From positions 71,480-135,479 of the forward strand of contig JBAZUU010000004.1 of NCBI GenBank assembly GCA_041661275.1: a DNA stretch of 64,000 bases. Direction: 5' to 3'. Below, in pieces: positions 58,724 to 64,000 of this stretch; within the stretch, counting starts at the first letter, position 1, and every line of letters begins with the position of its first letter. The notes under the pieces are model-generated. The model made no database searches, was not told where the DNA came from, and was given only the letters and a program-made list of their open reading frames with translations. A program made the translations under genes and the position numbers. Source of the DNA: Parcubacteria group bacterium. Lineage in GTDB: Bacteria > Patescibacteriota > Minisyncoccia > Moranbacterales > UBA2206.

Positions 58724-59425
58724 ATGCATACTGGTATATTATACATCGTCGCGACACCTATTGGCAACTTGGAGGATATCACATTCAGGGCTGTTTGGAC
58801 TTTAAAAGAGGTCGATTTAATTTTTTGTGAGGATACGCGGGTAACAAAAAGACTTCTAGATAAATATAATATTACTGCTGAAACAAGATCTTTCTATAAA
58901 TCCAGTGGAAGCGGCGCGCGAAAGCCGCAAGCCAATTTTGAATATATCTTGTCGGAGCTCGGCTCCGGTAAAGATGTGGCTTTTGTCACAGATGCCGGAA
59001 CACCAGGAATATCTGATCCGGGGAATACGCTCGCGGAAAAAGTTCTGGCCGAAGGTTTTGCTGTTATGCCAATCCCAGGAGTTTCCGCTCTCACGACTCT
59101 CGTGTCTGTTTCTGGAATTGATCTGACCCAATTTGTATTTTTAGGTTTTCCACCGCATAAAAAAGGCCGGGAAACATATTTCAAAAAATTATTGTCGTAT
59201 GATATTCCGGTGATATATTATGAATCCCCGCATCGATTGATAAAAAATTTAGAATTATTATCTGTCATTGCGAGCGAAGCGAAACAATCTCGTAACATTA
59301 TTTTGGGTCGCGAACTGACAAAAATGTTCGAAGAAGTCATTCGCGGCAGCGCGGAAGATATTTTGAGATATTTTGAGGAAAATAAGGGAAAAGTGAAGGG
59401 AGAGTTTGTAATTATTGTTTATTAA
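58724..59425 (+). CDS. rsmI: 16S rRNA (cytidine1402-2'-O)-methyltransferase
   Basis: LYIVATPIGNLEDITFRA, CEDTR, TDAGTPGISDPG, YESPHR, RELTK.FEE, KGEFV. Confidence 0.96.
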   Translation: MHTGILYIVATPIGNLEDITFRAVWTLKEVDLIFCEDTRVTKRLLDKYNITAETRSFYKSSGSGARKPQANFEYILSELGSGKDVAFVTDAGTPGISDPGNTLAEKVLAEGFAVMPIPGVSALTTLVSVSGIDLTQFVFLGFPPHKKGRETYFKKLLSYDIPVIYYESPHRLIKNLELLSVIASEAKQSRNIILGRELTKMFEEVIRGSAEDILRYFEENKGKVKGEFVIIVY

Positions 59426-59427
59426 AT

Positions 59428-60849
59428 ATGGAAAATAAATTTTATATCACCACTCCGATATATTACGTCAATGCCAAGCCACATATCGGGCATGCTTATA
59501 CGACTATTGCGGCGGACGCGATGGCGCGGTTTTATCGTCAACAGCTGGGAGGTAAAAATGTTTTTTTTCTTACTGGAACTGATGAGCATGGACAAAAAAT
59601 CCAGAAAGTTGCAGAGTCTGCGGGAAAAAATCCACAGGAATTTACTGATGAAATCGTTGGCGAATTTAAGGATCTTTGGAAAAAATTGGATATAAAATAT
59701 GATAATTTTATCCGGACAACCGATGAAAAACACAAAAAAGCGGTGCAAAAAGTTTTGCAGACACTTTTTGATAAAGGTGCAATATATAAAGGCGAATACG
59801 AAGGGCTATATTGTGTTGGTTGTGAACAATTTAAAAACGAGTCGGATCTGGTCGATGGAAAATGCCCAGATCATGGAACTGTTCCGGAACTTCTAAAAGA
59901 AGAAAGCTATCTTTTGAAATTGACTGATATCCAGAAGGAGTTAATTCAAAAAATTGAAAGCGACGAGTTCAAAATAACTCCGGAAAAATATAAAAAGGAA
60001 ATTTTATCCTTTCTTAAAAATCAAGAATTGCGCGATGTTTCAGTTTCGCGGAAAAATGTTTCCTGGGGGATTCCACTTCCTTTTGATGAGAATCATACAA
60101 CTTATGTTTGGGTTGATGCATTCTTAAATTATCTGACGGGTCTTGGTTGGGATGGTGATGAAAAGAATATTCCCGAATTTTGGCCAGCAGATGTGCAATT
60201 GATTGGAAAAGACATTCTTCGCGTCCATGCGACAGTTTGGCCGGCGATTCTTTTGCATCTCGGAATAGAATTACCAAAAATTCTGTTTACTCATGGTCAT
60301 ATTTTATCTTCTGGAAAAAAGATGAGTAAAACTTTGGGGAATACAATCTCCATTGACGAAATGTTAGATAAATTTGGGACTGACGGTACCAGATATTTAT
60401 TATTAAGTGCAGGAACCTTTGGAACTGATGTTGATGTGACGATGGAGAGGCTAGCTGAGAAGTATAATTCAGATCTAGCAAATGGAATAGGAAACTTAGT
60501 TAGTAGAATTTTAAAACTTTGTGAGGGATTTAACATTGAAATAAAGAAAAGCGAATATGATCCTCTCGTATGGAACAAGGGATTTATAGAAAGTTTATGG
60601 CTGGATAAAGCGATTGATAGAATCTGGGATCACTTAATAAGGAAAAATAATAAATTTATAGATGACAATAAGCCATGGGAGCTTAAAAAAACCAATGAAA
60701 ATAAATTTAAAGAAGTTATGGAGAAACTTCTTGCCGATCTAGACTTAATTTCTGATTTAATTTCCCCTTTTATGCCTGAAACTTCGGAGAAAATTAAGGA
60801 GGCTTTGAAAAATAAAAAAACAAAGCCGTTGTTTCAAAGGATAAAATAA
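59428..60849 (+). CDS. metG: Methionine--tRNA ligase (short form)
   Basis: FYITTPIYYVN..PHIGHAY, TGTDEHG, FIRTT, YVWVDA..NY, IGKDI, KMSKT. Confidence 0.97.
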   Translation: MENKFYITTPIYYVNAKPHIGHAYTTIAADAMARFYRQQLGGKNVFFLTGTDEHGQKIQKVAESAGKNPQEFTDEIVGEFKDLWKKLDIKYDNFIRTTDEKHKKAVQKVLQTLFDKGAIYKGEYEGLYCVGCEQFKNESDLVDGKCPDHGTVPELLKEESYLLKLTDIQKELIQKIESDEFKITPEKYKKEILSFLKNQELRDVSVSRKNVSWGIPLPFDENHTTYVWVDAFLNYLTGLGWDGDEKNIPEFWPADVQLIGKDILRVHATVWPAILLHLGIELPKILFTHGHILSSGKKMSKTLGNTISIDEMLDKFGTDGTRYLLLSAGTFGTDVDVTMERLAEKYNSDLANGIGNLVSRILKLCEGFNIEIKKSEYDPLVWNKGFIESLWLDKAIDRIWDHLIRKNNKFIDDNKPWELKKTNENKFKEVMEKLLADLDLISDLISPFMPETSEKIKEALKNKKTKPLFQRIK

Positions 60850-60851
60850 AA

Positions 60852-61418
60852 ATGGAATACTGCAACCAAAACAAAAAAGCAGGTTATGAATATCTGCTGG
60901 CTTATAAGTTGAGTGTGCCAATTTACGATTTAACAGTTGAATTTACTGAATTGCATATCTCGAGATTTTCCCGAACCAAAGATCAAATGGATCAGGCGGC
61001 AAGGTCGGGAATGCAAAATACCGCAGAAGGAAACAAGCAACAAAGTCTGGCCGGGTATATCAAGCTCACAGGCGTTTCTCGAGGTTCTTTTGAAGAACTT
61101 TTGAAGGATTACCTTTCTTTTGCCAGGCAGAAAAAGATTGAGATTTGGAATAAGGAAAAAGCGAATTTGGAGATCGGGGAAATAGGGGAGATATGGGGAA
61201 TTATTAAAGCGACTCCAACTCTTCCCGATCAACCCAATTTCCCTAATCTCCCGCAAGATCTCACAAAAGCTGTTAATTTGATGATTACCCTCATTAACCA
61301 GGAAAATTATCTTCTTGATAAATTGATTTCATCGCTTAATGAAAAACACATGAGAGAAGGTGGGTTTAATGAAGGCCTCTATAAAAAAAGAGTTGAATAT
61401 AGAAAAATTCATGGATAA
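60852..61418 (+). CDS. Four-helix-bundle (23S rRNA IVP / bAvd-like) protein with suffix domain
   Basis: Y..L.AY, RTKDQM.QAARSG.QN.AEG, L..V.RGS.EELL.DY, N....LI.Q..YLLD, EGGF.E.LY..R. Confidence 0.8.
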   Translation: MEYCNQNKKAGYEYLLAYKLSVPIYDLTVEFTELHISRFSRTKDQMDQAARSGMQNTAEGNKQQSLAGYIKLTGVSRGSFEELLKDYLSFARQKKIEIWNKEKANLEIGEIGEIWGIIKATPTLPDQPNFPNLPQDLTKAVNLMITLINQENYLLDKLISSLNEKHMREGGFNEGLYKKRVEYRKIHG

Positions 61419-62229
61419 GTTAAAACTTGTTGACACTCACGCTCATGTGAATTTTTCCGCGTTTAAGGATGACGCGGATGAAATATTAAAGAAATGCTCC
61501 GATGAGAATGTCGGAGTTATTAATATTGGCTCACAATTTTCTACGTCAAAAAGAGCGGTAGAAATGGCGGAAAAATATGAAACTGGCGTTTGGGCCGTTA
61601 TCGGTCTTCATCCGAGTCATCTGGTCGAATATGATTACGAAGAAGAGGGGATAAAATTCAAATCAGTGGTGGAAAAATTTGATGCCCAAAAATATCGGGA
61701 GCTAGCCAAAAGCAAAAAGGTGGTGGCCATTGGCGAGTGCGGACTGGATTATCATTATGGTGAAGAAAACAAGGAAATACAGATGGAAACTTTTCGAGAA
61801 GAAATAAAATTAGCAGTAGAGCTGGATCTGCCGCTAGTTGTCCATTGTCGCAATGCTTACAAGGACGTTTTGGAAATTTTGACGGAAGAAAAGAAAAAAT
61901 ATGGTGAAAAACTGCGGGGCGTGATGCATTCGTATCTCGGAAGATTGAGCTATGCCCACGAATTTAATAAACTTGGATTTCTCATCGCATTTAACGGCGT
62001 CATCACATATGCCCGTGATTATGACAAAGTGATTCGCGAAATAAATCTGGAAAATATACTAGTAGAAACTGATTGTCCATGGCTCACGCCAGTTCCTCAT
62101 CGAGGCGAAAGAAATGAACCAATTTACGTTAAATTTGTTGCCCAAAAGATCGCGGAGATAAAAAATATTGATGTGAGTGAAGCGGAAAATGTCACCACCC
62201 AAAACGCCAAAAAACTTTTCCTGATTTAG
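61411..62229 (+). CDS. tatD: TatD family DNase
   Basis: DTHAH, GLHP, AIGECGLDY, VHCR, MHSY, VETDCPWL.P...RG.RNEP; start ATG 61411. Confidence 0.95.
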   Translation: MDKLKLVDTHAHVNFSAFKDDADEILKKCSDENVGVINIGSQFSTSKRAVEMAEKYETGVWAVIGLHPSHLVEYDYEEEGIKFKSVVEKFDAQKYRELAKSKKVVAIGECGLDYHYGEENKEIQMETFREEIKLAVELDLPLVVHCRNAYKDVLEILTEEKKKYGEKLRGVMHSYLGRLSYAHEFNKLGFLIAFNGVITYARDYDKVIREINLENILVETDCPWLTPVPHRGERNEPIYVKFVAQKIAEIKNIDVSEAENVTTQNAKKLFLI

Positions 62230-62321
62230 TTGCTAAATTTTCAAAAGCAAGCTAGAATAAGGCCAGAAAAACTGGTCTTTTTTGGTGAGTTGATGGTTCT
62301 TTGGAAAACGAAAGGGGAGTT

Positions 62322-62975
62322 ATGTACGCAACAGTAATTTCGATAGGAAGCATGGTATCCATGTGGTTCTATTCCGTTAGGAATTACTGGGAGCGGGTCA
62401 TAATTCCGTTTCTCAGAATAATTCCTGCCGAGATAAAACCAGACCACTTGAGCTGGTCGCGAGTGCCACTGGGATTTCTGGTAACTTTTTTCCTGTTTTT
62501 TTATCCAGTGCGATTGGTAGCTAATATGCTATATATTCTGGCATGGCTAACAGACATCCTGGATGGAGCATTGGCGCGGTACCGGAAACAATTTTCTATT
62601 TGGGGCTGTCGGATCGATCCTATTACCGACAAGGTTTTAAATGACTCAATTTTTATTGGCTATGGATGGTTTTGGCGAAATGATCCTGAGTTTTCTGTAA
62701 TGTTTTGGACAATTGTAGTTATAGTTGTTGCTGATCTCATTACCTTGGTTGGCGCCGGATTAATGTCTTACTTTATCGAAGAACGTGTTCAGGCCAACAT
62801 TTTTGGCAAATGGAAATTTGGCGCTCAATGCACTGGCTGTACAATGCTTATTTTAGAATGGGTTAATTCTGCAAGGCCGGTTTTGGAAGTCGCGGCGGCT
62901 TTGGGAATCTTAAGCGCTGTCAGTTATTGCTATACCGGATGTGTCAAAATTCGAGCCAGAACCGGCAGGTCTTAA
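62322..62975 (+). CDS. CDP-alcohol phosphatidyltransferase family protein
   Basis: PDHLS..R, TD.LDG.LAR.......G..IDP.TDK, ANIFGKWKF..Q; AAGGGGAG SD before ATG 62322. Confidence 0.85.
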   Translation: MYATVISIGSMVSMWFYSVRNYWERVIIPFLRIIPAEIKPDHLSWSRVPLGFLVTFFLFFYPVRLVANMLYILAWLTDILDGALARYRKQFSIWGCRIDPITDKVLNDSIFIGYGWFWRNDPEFSVMFWTIVVIVVADLITLVGAGLMSYFIEERVQANIFGKWKFGAQCTGCTMLILEWVNSARPVLEVAAALGILSAVSYCYTGCVKIRARTGRS

Positions 62976-63143
62976 AACTTTTTTAAGGGACTCTTTGCGT
63001 TGCAATGCAGTCCCTGTTGTTTTTTCTGAAAAGAATTTTTCAGGGTTGACTTTTTTCCACTTCTCCTCCACAATTAAAGGTGGTTGCACGTATGCGAATC
63101 CCGCCAAGGCGGGACGAAAGCGCACATACAAATTAAATTGATT

Positions 63144-63452
63144 ATGGAAACAGATAAGAAAGATACAAAGAGGGCTCCATGGTGGCAGTCGGGGTTAGTG
63201 CTTTTCACAAAACTTTCCGGATGGATAATCGGGCCGGTACTTCTGGGAGTAATTTTGGGCAAATGGCTGGACAGGAAATATGGCACCGAGCCGTGGTTGT
63301 TTCTGGTCACAGTCGGAGTGGCGTTCTTCCTGTCGATGTTTGGGATAGTCAGAGATAGTTTGAGGGAGATGAAGAGGATAGAGGAAAAGGAAGTTAAAAA
63401 CAAGAAACAAGAAACAAGAAACAATAACCAAACAAATTCCAAATTACAATAA
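63144..63452 (+). CDS. AtpZ/AtpI family protein
   Basis: G.WLD.KYGTEPW with two TMs, directly upstream of atpB; C-terminus runs into a heptamer repeat. Confidence 0.8.
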   Translation: METDKKDTKRAPWWQSGLVLFTKLSGWIIGPVLLGVILGKWLDRKYGTEPWLFLVTVGVAFFLSMFGIVRDSLREMKRIEEKEVKNKKQETRNNNQTNSKLQ

Positions 63453-63534
63453 TCAAATAATCAAGCAGATTGAGTTTTGAACAATTGGGTATTGAATTTT
63501 ATTTGTATCTTGTTACTTGGTCATTGGTTATTAT
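63396..63534. repeat. AT-rich heptamer inverted repeat (aaacaag x3 ... tcttgttacttggtcattggttatt)
   Basis: Same style as 1366-1560. Confidence 0.7.
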
Positions 63535-63541
63535 ATTTTTT

Positions 63542-64000
63542 ATGGCTGAACATATTGAACAACCAAATATTTCCGGAAGCACAGAAATCACTACCGAAAC
63601 AACACTTTTTGCCGAACCTGTGGCGCATATCGGTGGTTTTACCATCACTAATTCTCTGATCAATAGTTGGATGGCCGTCCTGATTTTGGTCATTTTTTTT
63701 ATTCTCGTCGGGAAGAAGATAAAGAAGATCCCTCGCGGAATTCAGAATTTGTTCGAAATAATTTTGGAACAAGCTCTGACACTCGCTGACTCTATAACTT
63801 CCGACCGGAAGAAATCCGAAAAATTGCTGCCTATCACATTGGCGCTTTTTTTATTCATCCTTGTCAACAATTGGTTGGGACTTTTGCCGGGAATGGGAAC
63901 GATCGGATTTGTGGAATCGGAAGGTGGACATAATTTGTTCATCCCGTTTTTCCGTGGCGGAACAGCGGATATAAACACGACGTTAGCTCTGGCGCTCATT
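63542..64000 (+). CDS. atpB: F0F1 ATP synthase subunit a, 3' truncated by window edge (not in ORF track)
   Basis: Hand translation: MAEHIEQ...FAEPV..IGGFTITNS...IPRGIQNLFE...LFLFILVNNWLGLLPG...TADINTTLALA. Confidence 0.93.
   Translation, partial: MAEHIEQPNISGSTEITTETTLFAEPVAHIGGFTITNSLINSWMAVLILVIFFILVGKKIKKIPRGIQNLFEIILEQALTLADSITSDRKKSEKLLPITLALFLFILVNNWLGLLPGMGTIGFVESEGGHNLFIPFFRGGTADINTTLALALI

Noticed and set aside
60852-61418. Diversity-generating retroelement (Avd-like gene)
   Set aside because: No reverse transcriptase and no TR/VR pair with adenine-specific mismatches seen in the window.

Overview
64 kb of AT-rich bacterial chromosome (genetic code 11). Gene content and style suggest a Patescibacteria/CPR (Parcubacteria-like) organism; this is an inference, not a database assignment. 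Most of the window is housekeeping: murD, murI, tRNA-Ala/Ile, secE-nusG-rplK-rplA, a thymidylate cluster, gatB, miaA/miaB, thrS, dnaE, rnhB, argS, ileS, recO, tgt, a U32 tRNA hydroxylase, glyQS, rsmI, metG, tatD and the start of the atp operon. It also holds one intact IS5-family element and a secreted-protein block (C14 peptidase, TasA/CalY-like subunits, SipW). The best candidates for new biology are non-coding. (1) A terminator-type T-box with an ultra-short Stem I and a Thr specifier upstream of thrS, with an antisense orphan gene inside its leader. (2) A duplicated compact pseudoknot-like 5' leader before two secreted proteins, one copy split by the IS. (3) A sharp split between SD-less core genes and scattered small orphan ORFs with strong Shine-Dalgarno sites, often preceded by a boxA-like motif. 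(4) Several families of palindromic elements, many inserted in-frame in conserved enzymes. (5) A candidate 6S-like RNA. All product calls come from motif recognition by eye; no searches were run.
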